Notes under the pieces: model-generated
What the model was told of the DNA's origin: nothing
The model's input: the letters and a program-made list of their open reading frames with translations, nothing else
Databases searched by the model: none
NCBI GenBank assembly: GCA_002269645.1
Contig: NIVC01001072.1
Location: forward strand, 1-64,000
Length of the DNA: 64,000 nucleotides
DNA from: Macrostomum lignano
Taxonomy: Eukaryota
Reading direction: 5' to 3'
Translations under genes and position numbers: made by a program
Part shown: positions 23,333-43,832 of the stretch, piece by piece
How the letters are laid out: each line of letters starts with the position of its first letter
How positions within the stretch are numbered: the first letter of the stretch is position 1

Positions 23333-25074
23333 GATGTTCCATAAGTACTTATACTTTTGCATGCTGCTCAGGAACTACGCAACCAATCATTGTAAGTTTT
23401 ATGTCGGTGGAAAGCGGCTTTACTCATCTTTAATCTGTCGCCAAAATCATTTCGTTCTGTCAACTATGTCAAAAGTTACAACAAAAAACGTAGTCAAAGG
23501 TCACCCATAGACTTACAAGAAATTTTCAAAATCAAAACTTCAAAGTTCAGCACGCAGAGTTATTTCCGATTCTACATAATGCATTCTTTTTTGCTTCATA
23601 AGCGAATGCCACACCCTTTTCGTCTATGGAAAATACTGGCCTAAGCTTTCACAGCATCTTAATCTTAAGATCACAGCATCTTAATCTTGTAAAGTTTCAC
23701 CACCTTGGCTGCTGCTGCATCACCATGGATGTGAACTCAAGGGAAGGACAGCGCGCTGCAATTTTTACCCTCTGGAAACTCGGAAAAAAGCGATCAGAGA
23801 TTTATGCGGATTTATGCAACATTCATGGAGCTAATGCGGTGAGCAGGATGACCGTCTACAACTGGGTTGAGCAGTTCGAAGCAGGAAGGACCAATGTTGC
23901 TGATTTGCCGAGGTCGGGCCGCCCCTGCACATCAGGCTCTGATGCTCTCACCGATCGAATTCTTGATCTGCTGGACGAAGATTGTCGGCTAACGATTCGA
24001 CAGATTGCAGATAGACTGGACACGCCGAGCACAACTGTGCATCGCTGCTTGTCGCGCATGGACTTTGTCAAGCTGACTGCTCGTTGGGTGCCACGCCTAC
24101 TCACCTCGGACTTGAGACTGCAGAGGCAGCAGATTTGTCAGGCCAATATTCGGATGATGGAAGAATACGGTGGTTGGGATCTCTTCCATCGAATGATAGT
24201 CACTGGAGATGAAACCTGGATTCCCCATTTTGATGCACCAACGAAACGTGATTCCCAGGTCTGGATGCTGAAGGGCTCTGATCCTCCGGTAAAAGCTCAA
24301 AGGGACGCACATGGAAAGAAGATCATGCTGTCTCTGTTTTTCGACTGCAATGGTCCTCTAACTGTCGAGTTTTTGGAGCCAAACACTACAATAAACTCTG
24401 AGCGCTACGTTGAAACGCTAACAAAGCTGCATCATGACATCCAGAACAAGCGTCGTGAAAATCCCAGACCTTTCATTCTTCATCATGACAATGCAAGGCC
24501 TCATACAGCACAAAAGACAGTTGAGGCAATCAGCAAGCTGAAGCTCCATCTTCTACCTCACCCTCCTTACTCTCCAGACCTGGCACCAGCAGACTTTGCT
24601 TTATTTCCAGAGTTGAAGCGCCATCTGAAAGGACGCGTGACGAGACCAGGAACCAGATCGAGGAGGAAGTCCGCAGAATTCTGCTGTATGTCATCCCCCG
24701 ACAGCTGTACGCAGAAGCCATCAAAAGCATGTTTAACAGGTGGACCAAGTGCATCAACTCCGGTGGAAACTACGTTGAGAAGGTGTCGGTACCGACCGAG
24801 GATGAGTGACAAAGAAGTCAAACTTTCTGTCATCAACAACGCGCCTCTGTTTTCATGCTTGCCATTGTATTTGTTGCTCTTTAAATTTCTTGTAAGTCTA
24901 TGGTAACCTTTGACTACGTTTTTTGTTGTAACTTTTGACATAGTTGACAGAACGAAATGATTTTTACGACAGATTAAAGATGAGTAAAGCCGCTTTCCAC
25001 CGACATAAAACTTACAATGATTGGTTGCGTAGTTCCTGAGCAGCATGCAAAAGTATAAGTACTTATGGAACATC
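23333..25074 (+). mobile_element. Mariner (DD34D) transposon with ~190-bp TIRs
   Basis: 23333-23524 is a near-perfect reverse complement of 24885-25074 and encloses the transposase gene. Confidence 0.92.
23725..24809 (+). CDS. Mariner DD34D transposase (361 aa if one frameshift near 24638 is corrected)
   Basis: Start MDVNSREGQR; HTH; WVPR; VTGDETW; HHDNARPH; YSPDLAPADF with 34 residues between the 2nd and 3rd Asp. After LKGRV the +1 frame reads ETRNQIEEEV...RWTKCINSGGNYVEK...*. Confidence 0.9.
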
Positions 25075-26324
25075 ATGTACTTCTAATGGAAATCTGAAAA
25101 AATTAGGGAAGGGAAGGGCGAAATTTAAGGCTACCCCACAAGCCTTTTGCTAGCCAAACAGTTTCGTGCTTTTTACTTAGCTAATAAGTAGGCTACAGTA
25201 GATTCAATTAGCTAGAACTTGTCGGCTGGCAGTTGTTGGCTGGCAGATTTCTCGGCTGGCAGTTGTCGGCAGGCAGTTTTCCGGCTGGAAGTTTTCTCGG
25301 CTGGCAATTGTCGACTGGCAATTGTCGACTGGCAGTTGTCGGCTGGCAGTTTTCCGGCTGGCAGTTTTCTCGGCTAGCAATTGTCGGCTGGCAGTTATCG
25401 GCTGGCAGTTTTCTCGGCTAGCAATTGTCGGCTGACAGTTATCGGCTGGCAGTTGTCGACTGGCAGTTGTCGACTGGCAGTTGTCGGCTGGCAGTTGTCG
25501 GCTGGCAGTTGTCGACTGGCAGTTGTCGACTGGCAGTTGTCGGCTGGCAGTTGTCGGCTGGCAATTGTCGGCTGGCAGTTTTCCGGCTGGCAGTTGTCGG
25601 CTGGCAGTTTTCCGGCTGGCAGTTGGGGTGGACCCGTTGAAGGGTCACACTTCGAATCAGTTTATAAAAGTTTAAAATTCACTGTTTATATAATCGGAAG
25701 TAAGAAAAAATTTAAACCTTTATTGGTATTTAACGCATTTTTGTTTATGTTGCGTTCCAGCACTTTTTCACAGAATAGGACGAATTTATTTAGCTAACAA
25801 TAAACAGAAAGTAATAAATAAATAATGGCATAGAGACGCAGTTTAAAAAACTACAATAGGACGCAAAGAGTATTCTTATATACCCAGTAAAACCTGATAA
25901 TTAATACTAAGAGTACATCACTGTTTCATACGCTGATCAAAGATTTATTTTAAAGATACGACTGTCTGTTCCAGTGATTCTTATATTTTACAAGCAAAGT
26001 TGTAGTCAGAATCGCTAGTGCATTTATATGCTCTCGTGAAATAGAATTTGTCCGAGATAAGGACTTTACAGCTCTCGATATGACATTCGTGTTCATATAA
26101 CCTGACCGTGATTCAAAGAATGCAAGAATCAAGAAACAACAGAGAGCATCAATTGCCTACAGTCTATACACAACAGAGATTTACTGAAAGAAAGCTGAAA
26201 AGTACATGGCTGTTGGAAAACGTTTTTTTTCTAGAAAGAAAGTGATCCAGTTTTACATTTTATATCTACCGGTCTTTAAAATGCAGTAAAACTGAAAGTA
26301 ATAATCTAATTATATTTAATGAGG

Positions 26325-29300
26325 TCACCTGGCCAGCAGGTCTCGCAGCTCCTGGCACAGGTCGCCAAAATTGGGCGCCGGTTCGCTCAGGCAAAAGTAC
26401 ATCTCCCATTGCGACGTCTTCCTACCTTGCAACGTCAACGACAACCGTTTAGGGGCGCCGCTTTCGCCACCGCCACCGCCGCCACCAAGGTCAGACGTGT
26501 CAACGTCGAATTCGACTACCGACATTGCTTCGACGCTGTTGCCACCGCCGCTGCCACCACAGCTAGCCGCAAGTGCCAGCAGCTGCGGCCGGAGGTGCAG
26601 GCCAACTAGGCGAAGGAATTCGGCAGCTACGGGTCCCGCCAGTCGGCCCTGAGGCAGAGCGGCCTGGGACGCGTGGCAGACTCCAGCCGGCCAGTCCAGC
26701 AGCAGGTAGGCAAACACGCCGGCTCCGCCCGCCTGTTGAAGCCACTGAGCAGCCGCCTGCTGCTGGCCGGAGCCGCCTGACAGGTCGCCAGCGCTGCCAC
26801 CGTCGATGGTACCCCCAGCCGCATTGTTCAGGGAAGTCAACGAAGCAGCTCGGCCCAACGAGCCGGCTCTTGATCCGCCGCCCGCCTTTGAGCCGCCGCC
26901 TGCCTTCGATCCGCCGCCTGCCTTTGATCCGCCGCCTGCCTTTGATCTTTTCAAGCTGCCGCTACGGCTGCGAAACCACGATAAGATGCCGCCGCCGCTG
27001 CCAGACTTGGCGTTCACAACTGTCAGATAGTCGGCTGGGTCGGCCAGGGCAATCTCTATCGCTGCCGATGCGCCATTGGCTGACGCTTGCTGACTGCCTG
27101 CGGCTGTGTCGATGCAGGATTTAATTCAGTTAACTTAATTAAACTAACTATATGCTCGTACGTTTGTGATTTAATAGTAATGGAGAACTGACTGTGGTTG
27201 GCTGACTGTCATTAGGCGGGTAAGAAAAGATAAGGAGGAAGGAACGATTGTGATTGGCTGCGTACAGTCAGACGGGTAAGAGTTATCTAGATAAATGTAC
27301 AGTAGCCAGACGACTAAATGACTTTTAATTGGCTGAGACTGGTAAGACTACTGACTGACCAGATAAAAACCTGTAGAGATAGGAGAATGATTACGCGGTA
27401 GTCTATTCTGATAGAACTGAATATGGTTAATGAAGAATAGAATAGAAAGTAAGCGTCAGAATCGCAGTGAAATTTGGCATCCTGGCTCTACTCTACCATT
27501 TACACTGCTGAGTCTCTCTGAGTCGCAGAAGTTGCAGAAGTCTGCAAACTACATGTTTACAGATTACTCAAATTCTACATTGGTGAAAATGTCAATTAGG
27601 CATTAGAACTGCTTTTTACCAAGACACAACAAAACCAACAAACGCAAATAGATACTCGTAGAAAAAGAAGATTGATTTTCTTACGCCAGTGAAACAGATG
27701 CGGCAGACGGGCTGGCAAACAGTCCAATAGAAATGACTCGGCAGCTTCTAGCAGAGTCTGTGGCAATCCAGTCAGGTTAGTTAGCCCGGCGTACAGCAGA
27801 CAGACGCTCAGGTTGCCATTGGCTACGGAGAGAAGGTGTACAGGCCGGCTGCGCAGGTGACTCGCCGCCTCCTCGTCTGGGAAGGCGTCGAGATGCACCG
27901 GTAGCCAGACAACTCGCAGACGCCGTCGGCCGGCTGGGTAGACGGTGAAGTGTCGGTGCAGCAGCTCGAACAGCCAGCAGGCGTGGCCCAGCCTGCGGTG
28001 CTGCCTGCCGTGCGACAGACAGCCAACTGAGGCTACTCGGCTGCCGGAGTCGGCGAGACTTCCGCCCAGTATGCAGGCGTGTCCGGTGAAGTCCGGACAG
28101 CCGGGACTGCTACCGGACACGAAGTCGGCCAGTAGACGATCGGCGTCCCTGGCCTGGCCGGAGGTCTGACGCCGGGCTGGCCAAGCCAGGCGGCGAAGGC
28201 TCGGCGGTAGGCGGCGCTCCGAGATGGCGGTGAAAAGCACCTGGAGTGGAGCGTTGGGGAGTCAGCACTGAACCACTGGACTATAAGAGGACGTAAGACT
28301 TAACAATTTCTACGAAGGCATGATCACAAATAGATGAAGAAATACGAAAAGAACAAAGTATCAGAAATGATAATTTTTATCACAATGTTTTAATTGGTAT
28401 GCAGGAAATCTGGCACCCTAATAATTGACACGATCTTGGATTTTTATGCAGTCGTGTTAATCACAATGTTTTTTAGAATTGCTCGCAGAAGCTGAGGGAA
28501 TTTGAGGACGCGCGCTTTAACTACTAAGAACGCAAGATACATAAAATGTCAGGCAACGGACGCGTTGGTTACAAGCTAGTTTAGCAGCTAGTTAGTAAAC
28601 AGTTATGCCACGTTACAGTTATGGGCAATTTGGTTTGAGAGACGGACCCAAAGTCCGCCAGACTGACGAAGATAGACGAGAAACATGTCGTATGACCGTT
28701 TTGTATTTTTTTCACTTTAGAGAGGCACTGCAGGATTGAATTGACGAAAGGAAAATGTATAAAAAAATTCTAGTTCGTCTGAGTACGCTAACCTCGTGAC
28801 CAAATGCTGAGCTGGACACCTCACGTCCAAGCCAAAGTCTGCGCGCGTCACCTTTATCCATAGGCTCAACTGGACACCTCACGTCCAAGCCAAAGTCTGC
28901 GCGCGTCACCTTTATCCATAGGCTCAACTGGACACCTCACGTCCAAGCCAAAGTCTGCGCGCGTCACCTTTATCCATAGGCTCAACTGGACACCTCACGT
29001 CCAAGCCAAAGTCTGCGCGCGTCACCTTTATCCATAGGCTCAACTGGACACCTCACGTCCAAGCCAAAGTCTGCGCGCGTCACCTTTATCCATAGGCTCA
29101 ACTGGACACCTCACGTCCAAGCCAAAGTCTGCGCGCGTCACCTTTATCCATAGGCTCAACTGGACACCTCACGTCCAAGCCAAAGTCTTCGCGCGTCACC
29201 TTTATCCATAGCTGAGCTGGGCACATCACCTCCAAAGTCTTTTTACATCAGCTCAACCCTCAAAAAATGGACAGCTCACGTTAAACATACATCAGTTTAC

Positions 29301-32300
29301 CTGCAATAGCTGGCACAGCGGCTCATTGTAACCGGCGGTGTCCTCATTAGCCTCCTCCTGACTGCTTGTCTGCACCGGATTTCCTCTCGGCCAGCCCAGC
29401 AAAAGGAAAAGGTCCAGCAGGTGGCCCGCCAGTTGCACGGTATCGGCTCCGGAACCGTTGAGCCAGGCTGTCGGCGCGGCCAGAACGCACACGAGGCGAG
29501 CATTGGACAGTTGGCACGGCCGCATTGCCGCTGTCACCTCCTGGCCGTCCGGATCTTCGAAAGTTAGCGTTCTGTGCAGTTGAGCAAGGTTTGAATATCG
29601 ATTATGCCGGTTTGTCTATGTTGATTGTTATTTGTAGATTCTGATTGGTTCAGATTGGTCAGTTGGGTAAGAGAGGAGATGAGACGGTCGATGGATGATT
29701 CTGATTGGTTCAGATTTGTCTGGGGTAAGAGAGGAAATGAGACGGTCGATAAATGATTCTGATTGGTTGAGATTGGTCAGTTAGATTAGAGAGGAAATGA
29801 AACGGCCAATGGATGATTGGCTCGTATTTGAAAATAATAAATTTAAAGGGAATAAGACGGTAAGTACGACTTCCCCCCGAGCGCAATGCCAATACAAAGT
29901 AAATTTGTTAAAGACATAAACAAGACTTAGTATTAATTAAAACACTTTATAGATTACAAATACAGTTACCCAATGGCATTCCTTGTGTTTGTAGTTATAT
30001 ATAGGAACGCGAATTGGCAGAGAAGCTGTCACATTGTAAGAGTTTCTGTCATCGTAATATCTATATTATACAGTGTGTTAATGAATAATGTTAACTCGAC
30101 AACTGAGATCGGCGCTAAGCCATATTCAAGATTGATGAACCCAAAATAGGAGGAAGATAAACGAGACTTCATTAACTATCTTGAGAAAAAAGCACATGGG
30201 CGAAAGGCACTATAGGCAGATGAGGCGAGATTTCAAGTCCAGAATCCAGGCTAATGGAGCTCAACAAAGGGATAAAATTAATGAAACACCTTAGCGATTA
30301 GTCCCAGAATTCCTTCGAAATTAAAAAGCCACCTAACTCAAAGTACACAAAGTACACAAAGTACCAAAGTGTCGGTGTCCGATAAAGAATCGGATTACTG
30401 GCCTCAGGCCGCGAAATGTTTCTAAGAATTTTGGATTGCAAATGACCAAAAACGCTAGATTTATTGAAGACGTTTCTTTTAATAAATAATTGCACCTGCC
30501 CAAACACGAGGATTTGGGATTCAAATCAACAAGCCTGAACTGCCTGCGTCGTGCTAATCTCCCTCTAATTTTGTGCCACGGTTTCCATCCACCCACTCAC
30601 TGATTCTTGAAAGCCACCGCTATAGCAACTATCAATCAGTGTGTCTGGGGCTTCTCTAGGCTGTCTGTTTTTTTACTAATATGCAGTCCCGAATCACTGG
30701 CTTCTCAATTTCTCTTCTCGAGATGTTGTCAGACTGACTGGATTTTCAATCTAGATAATCTCCGTTTTTCTTTTTAACGTTTTCCTTGACGAAATGACCA
30801 AAAATAATAATTAGCTCAGAGAGATAGAAGAGTTAATTATCAGTGAGGAATCATTAAATAAGGACTGTTAGCTCTATGTTTCTGCCTTTATTATCTGCTT
30901 CACACTCTATTTTCTACTTTCACCCTCTGCCCTCTGTTTTACCCTCTGCCCTCTGTTTTACCCTCTACCCTCTGTTTTACCCTCTACCCTCTGCTTGACC
31001 CTCTACCCTCTGCTTCACCCTCTACCCTCTGCTTCACCCTCTACCCTCTGCTTCACCCTCTACCCTCTGCTTTACCATCTACCCTCTGCTTCACCATATA
31101 CCCTCTGCTTCACCATCTACCCTCTGCTTTACCATCTACCCTCTGCTTCACCATCTACCCTCTGCTTTACCATCTACCCTCTGCTTTACCATCTACCCTC
31201 TGCTTCACCATCTACCCTCTGCTTTACCATCTACCCTCTGCTTCACCATCTACCCTCTGCTTTACCATCTACCCTCTGCTTCACCATCTACCCTCTGCTT
31301 TACTATCTACCCTCTGCTTCACCATCTACCCTCTGCTTTACCATCTACCCTCTGCTTCACCATCTACCCTCTGCTTTACCATCTACCCTCTGCTTCACCA
31401 TCTACCCTCTGCTTCACCCTCTACCCTCTGCTTCACCCTCTACCCTTCTGCTTCACCCTCTACCCCCTGCTTCACCCTCTACCCTCTGCTTCACCCTCTA
31501 CCCCCTGCTTCACCCTCTACCCTCTGCTTCACCCTCTACCCTCTGCTTCACCCTCTACCCTCTGTTTCCCCCTCTACCCTCTGCTTTACCCTCTACCCTC
31601 TGCTTCACCCTCTACCCTCTGTTTCCCCCTCTACCCTCTGCTTCACCCTCTACCCTTTTGCTTCACCCTCTACCCTCTGCTTCACCCTCTACCCTCTGCT
31701 TCACCCTCTACCCTCTGCTTCACCCTCTACCCTCTGCTTCACCCTCTACCCTCTGCTTCACCCTCTACCCTCTGCTTCACCCTCTACTCTCTGCTTCAAA
31801 CGTATCGTGAGCCCTAGGCACAACAGAAGAGTTTGAATCAAGCATGAACTCACTGAAAAAACAGGCAGACAAATGACGCACAGACTTACCTGCACGGGAA
31901 TTCGCCAGCACCAGCCGACTTGGCCTCCTCGGCGGCCGCGCCGTTCGCTGAGGACTTCGCCCGGCCCGGGAGCAGGTCCGGCCAGACCGACCAGGCGGCC
32001 ATCAGGAAGCCGCGCAGGCCGCACAGCCGACTTTGCCGTCTGGGCGGAAACGCGAACAGAACGTCAGCGAAGTCCCCGTTAACGCCAGAGGAACCGTCGG
32101 CCATGTCTGAGGATCGGACATCGGTTCGCAGCAACAGCAGGCCGTGGGTGTCGGCGATGGGACTGGCAGCTCCACTCTGACCGCCGCCGCCGCCGGTGCC
32201 GCCTCCGCTGCCGACAAGGATGGCACAGTTGCTCTCAAGATCATAGACTGGCGGCGGCGGCGGCATTTGGGAGGCCGGCAAATCCTGCGCAGACTGTTGT

Positions 32301-33179
32301 TGGCGATGGTTGAAGCTCAAAGTGACGAGACAGGCGCTTCTGCTGGGTTGCTGCTGCTGATGGGTGTCAAGGAGATCGGGACAGAAGATCTGGGTGGAGG
32401 GCGCCTCATATGCATATAGCACGCCTCATATGCATCTAGCACGCTTCATATCCCTCTAGAGCACGCCTCATACGCATCTAGCACGCCTCGTATACATCTA
32501 GCACGCCTCATATCCCTCTATAGCAAGCTTCATACGCATCTAGCACTCTTCATATGCATCTTGCACGCCTCATATGCATCTTGCACGCCTCATATGCATC
32601 TTGCACGCCTCATATGCATCTTGCACGCCACATATCCCTCTAGAGCAAGCTTCATACGTATCTAGCATTCTTCATATGCATCTTGCACGCCTCATATGCA
32701 TCTTGCACGCCACATATCCCTCTAGAGCAAGCTTCATACGTATCTAGCATTCTTCATATGCATCTTGCACGCCTCATATCTCTCTAGAGCACGCCTCATA
32801 CGCATCTAGCACGCCTCGTATACATCTAGCACGCATCATCTAGCCTTACCTGATGCCTGGACTGGCGCTCCTCAGCCGGCCTGCGCACGTACTGATCAGC
32901 CGGATTGAGCGCGTCGCCAAGCCGCACCGGAATTCCGTTGACCTCCACCAGACAATCGTCGATGCGAACACGCCGACTGTCCAGATGCCCGACGCCCGGC
33001 GTGAAACCTTTGACAGCCAGTGGGGTATTCTCGTCGACCTCGTCGCTATTTTTGGCTTGACCAATTGTAGAGGCCTCAGTGCCACGTTTGAGTATGAGTC
33101 CGCAGTCCGAGCGGAGGAACTCTTCCAGGGTGCAGTCAGCCGGAGACGTCAGGCTTGTCAGCATCAGCGTCACGGACAT
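26325..33179 (-). CDS. INTU: Inturned-like planar cell polarity / CPLANE effector (PDZ + longin-type domains), 5 exons, ~811 aa
   Basis: Exons 32850-33179 (PDZ: VKGFTPG..RVRIDDCLVEVNG), 31890-32389 (DVLFAFP..LCGLRGFL), 29301-29571, 27685-28240 (CILGGSL, LRVVW, LLSVANGNLSVCLL) and 26325-~27103 (WEMYFCL). All junctions are GT-AG and phase-consistent. The acceptors of exons 2 and 5 are ambiguous. Confidence 0.75.
28812..29217. repeat. 58-bp minisatellite, 7 near-identical copies (INTU intron 3)
   Basis: Unit CTGGACACCTCACGTCCAAGCCAAAGTCTGCGCGCGTCACCTTTATCCATAGGCTCAA. Confidence 0.95.
30920..31795. repeat. 19-bp pyrimidine-rich minisatellite (INTU intron 2)
   Basis: Unit CCCTCTACCCTCTGCTTCA and variants. 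Confidence 0.95.
32400..32835. repeat. ~20-bp minisatellite (INTU intron 1)
   Basis: Unit GCACGCCTCATATGCATCTA/T. Confidence 0.9.
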
Positions 33180-33311
33180 CAGCTGCTGCTGATGCTGCGG
33201 CTCCGGATGCGCTTGCCTCTGGCGATGCTGCAAATTAAATTTTTTATAATCGAAATGCAATTCTGAATGCAGATTGCAAACTATAATGTTTTCTTGTCCA
33301 AAGATCTTAAC

Positions 33312-33620
33312 CTAGTATCTGGAGTGGAATGCGTCTCTAGCCAAACTAAAGAGAACTAGATCTAGTATCTGGAGTGGAATACGTCTCTAGCCAAGCCAAA
33401 GAGAACTAGATCTAGTATCTGGAGTGGAATACGTTTTTAGCCAAGCCAAAGAGAACTAGATCTAGTATCTGGAGTGGAATACGTCTCCAGCCAAGCCAAA
33501 GAGAACTAGATCTAGTATCTGGAGTGGAATACGTCTCCAGCCAAGCCAAAGAGAACTAGATCTAGTATCTGGAGTGGAATACATCTCTAGCCAAACTAAA
33601 GAGAACTAGATCTAGTATCT
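33312..33620. repeat. 50-bp minisatellite, ~6 copies, in the MINDY-INTU spacer
   Basis: Unit TAGTATCTGGAGTGGAATACGTCTCTAGCCAAGCCAAAGAGAACTAGATC. Confidence 0.95.
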
Positions 33621-33959
33621 GAAATGAAATACTTCCTGAATTTTCTAAATACAAAAGTTCAAAAGAACATACCACAAAGGCAGGTATCTGCCAAACTCAT
33701 ATAATTATGTAAGGCACAAGTTAATTGTCTGTCAATAATAAATATTTTACGAGCGTATTAGCTAATTATCACGGCTAGAAGGAAAAATGATCAGCTGAAA
33801 ATTAACAAAGGTCAACTATAGAAATAAAGAATTACTAAACTACAAATCCGAGAAAGCACCAAGTCCGTTAGCAGACAGCAGTGAAGTGCGTATGAAAAAT
33901 GCAGACATGTTTCATGGCTAAAAAGAGTGCATTTTGCATACCAGTGAACATCTCACACA

Positions 33960-34171
33960 GGTGGATCTGTCCACAGAGAGATCTGTCCACAGAGAGATCT
34001 GTCACACAAGTAGATCTGTCACACAAGTAGATCTGTCACACAAGTAGATCTGTCACACAGGTAGATCTGTCACACAGGTAAATCTGTCACACAGGTAGAT
34101 CTGTCACACAGGTAGATCTGTCACACAGGTAAATCTGTCACACAGGTAGATCTGTCACACAGGTAGACCTG

Positions 34172-34172
<1 letters not shown>
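33960..34172. repeat. 17-bp minisatellite starting at the MINDY stop codon
   Basis: Unit GTAGATCTGTCACACAG. Confidence 0.9.
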
Positions 34173-41657
<7,485 letters not shown>

Positions 41658-42579
41658 GTCTGCAAATGTTTTAGTGAGGTTACTTAATTATAAAAAAGGT
41701 ATAAGGAATAATAACAATGTTAGATAAAAAAGCAATAAATGTTTAATTTTTTAAAAGAGTAGCAAATGATAAAGAGATAAAAAGCCTCAAAACAAAAGGC
41801 TTGAAAACTCGTTAATAAAAGATAGATTTTAGAACATAGAACATATACATTAATAACCATATTAAATATAAAATATAACAAGTAGTAATATACATTTAAA
41901 GAATTAGCTCAAAGCTAATATTTTAATACCTTATTACTAACGATTATCAAGTTCTATTTCATGGAAAATTTTATTTAATTTTAATTGATTATATTAGTTA
42001 CAAGTGAAGAAGAATTTAATAGCATTCTATTGCAAAAAGTTTTTATTTAATGTTTTGCAGTTTAGCTAATTATCCATGGGAATATCATTCTAAGTAAGTT
42101 GAATACTTAATGATTTCCTATTCATAACTTATGTGTTTCTCCTTTTTATACCCTAGACTAGGTTTAAGAAGAAAAAAGCAATTCCTGCAGGCTGAATCAA
42201 TAAAACATGAAATTACTAAAAATAAAATAAACAGCTATGGGCCTAGCTTCCAAAGTGAATAACAAAATACAAATAAACTATCGAGATGAATAAGAGTAGG
42301 AGGCATCGTTCATAGTATATTTGATTTAGAGAAGGCCTAGTAGTTGGAAATACTTTTTGTTTGATCCTTCTAGAAATTGCAAATCTACTATCACGATCAT
42401 TTGCCATTTACAGATTTACTAATGGGCAATGGAATGTTTTTATTGCGAAATAATTTTGTGGTGGGTTTTTTTAGTGGTATCTGACATTAAAGGAACAAAC
42501 AAAATATTTTTGTGCTGTTCGCGAATATACTATAACTATCTCATATCTTAAATTTCATATCGCGTTTAAACCAGACAAG

Positions 42580-42838
42580 GGGCCTTTTCATATTGCTTGC
42601 TCTGGTTCCAGAACCAGAACCAATTTGTGAAGTATAACTTTTTGTCTCCATAACTAGATAGAGATACATACTATAAAGTTTTATTATTGAATGACAATCG
42701 CCAAGAAGAAAGTGAAAAATTGTGCTAAGTTATGTTGTTAAGGCAGTAAAATATTAACAGAGTTTAATAGTTATACTGCTGTTTTTCTTGGAATTCCAAA
42801 CCGATTCTGGTTCTGGAATTGGTAATATGAAAAGGCCC
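42580..42838. mobile_element. PIF/Harbinger-like MITE, copy 1
   Basis: TIR GGGCCTTTTCATATT...AATATGAAAAGGCCC; 3-bp TSD AAG; further copies at 45728 and 62717. Confidence 0.8.
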
Positions 42839-43832
42839 AAGAACAGGTTAAAACTTAAACCTTTGCTTGGCACAACAAAAATGTGAGTTCCGATGGAAAG
42901 TTGTGTTGGTGTCTTGTATAATTTTAGTGTAAGTATATTTTAGCTTAGAAACTTCAAAATGTATACAAAAGAATCTGCATTACGAATATTTACAATTTAT
43001 AAAAATGCAGACAGAACTGCACAATATCACAGTACAGTTTGTTTATCTTCCTATCTGAAAACGATAACTTTTTAAATGATCACTATCCGCAAAAAACGCA
43101 AAAAATTTAATCGCAGTTTCATACACGATTGGGTCTACACGGTATATGACGTATCATAATTAACTAAACCCTAATGCTAAAAATGATTTGACTATATATA
43201 TTCATAATAAATATATTATTAACAGTAAATATATATTCATTAAGCCCTACATTTTTAAAGTTGGGGCCTAACTAATATTACTAACTATTGTAGTAACTAG
43301 TAACAAATTATTTATATCCATAGGCCCCTATACTAAAAATGGTCTGTCGGTATCTATCTATCTATCTAGGTATATAGGTATGCGATCGATTTTAGCTAAG
43401 TTAACACTAAATTTATATTATTATAATTTTTTTTTAGCTTTGCTTCATTTACAATTGATATCTAAGGCAAGCTAGAAGTCTAGAACTTAATACTTGGTCC
43501 AGAACAAGGTTAGTCAGAATCAAGCTATATATACACCAAAAGCTATCCTATTTTAGACTTTTAGTATTTTCCTATTTATCTAATTATTTCATAGGTAAGT
43601 TGTATTTTTGGCTTAGAAGTAAATGGCACATGACCAAGATGGCCACATACCAACATGGCCTAGCTTTTATTGTAGCTTGACCTATAGATGTTTATCCACT
43701 AAATAAAGCAAGTAGCTAAGCACAAAATAAATACCTTGTTGCATATTTATTTAATTTTTGCATAACATTAAATATTAGCAATGGTTTCTCAATAAACTGA
43801 TGGTAATATATTTGATATATATGGCTCTATGG

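Larger units (their letters stand above)
22761..25635. mobile_element. Foldback-like inverted-repeat structure (14-bp tandem arrays plus ~140-bp unique arms) enclosing a MITE and a mariner
   Basis: 22761-23116 is the reverse complement of 25078-25635. The arms carry ACAACTGCCAGCCG arrays (22770-22975; 25218-25625). Termini GGG..CACCCC / GGGGTG..CCC. Confidence 0.8.

Noticed and set aside
24640-24906. C-terminal tail of the 426-aa mariner ORF (TRPGTRSRR...LVSLW)
   Set aside because: Out-of-frame read-through after the 1-nt deletion; the true mariner C-terminus is in another frame ending at 24809.
26328-26329. GT donor after LLAR suggesting a further INTU exon
   Set aside because: The frame ends naturally with TGA at 26325-26327 right after the terminal conserved segment, and no convincing downstream exon was found.
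28812-29217. 58-bp and 50-bp (33312-33620) regular repeats as CRISPR arrays
   Set aside because: The units are contiguous and near-identical with no unique spacers, there are no cas genes, and the context is eukaryotic intron or spacer DNA.
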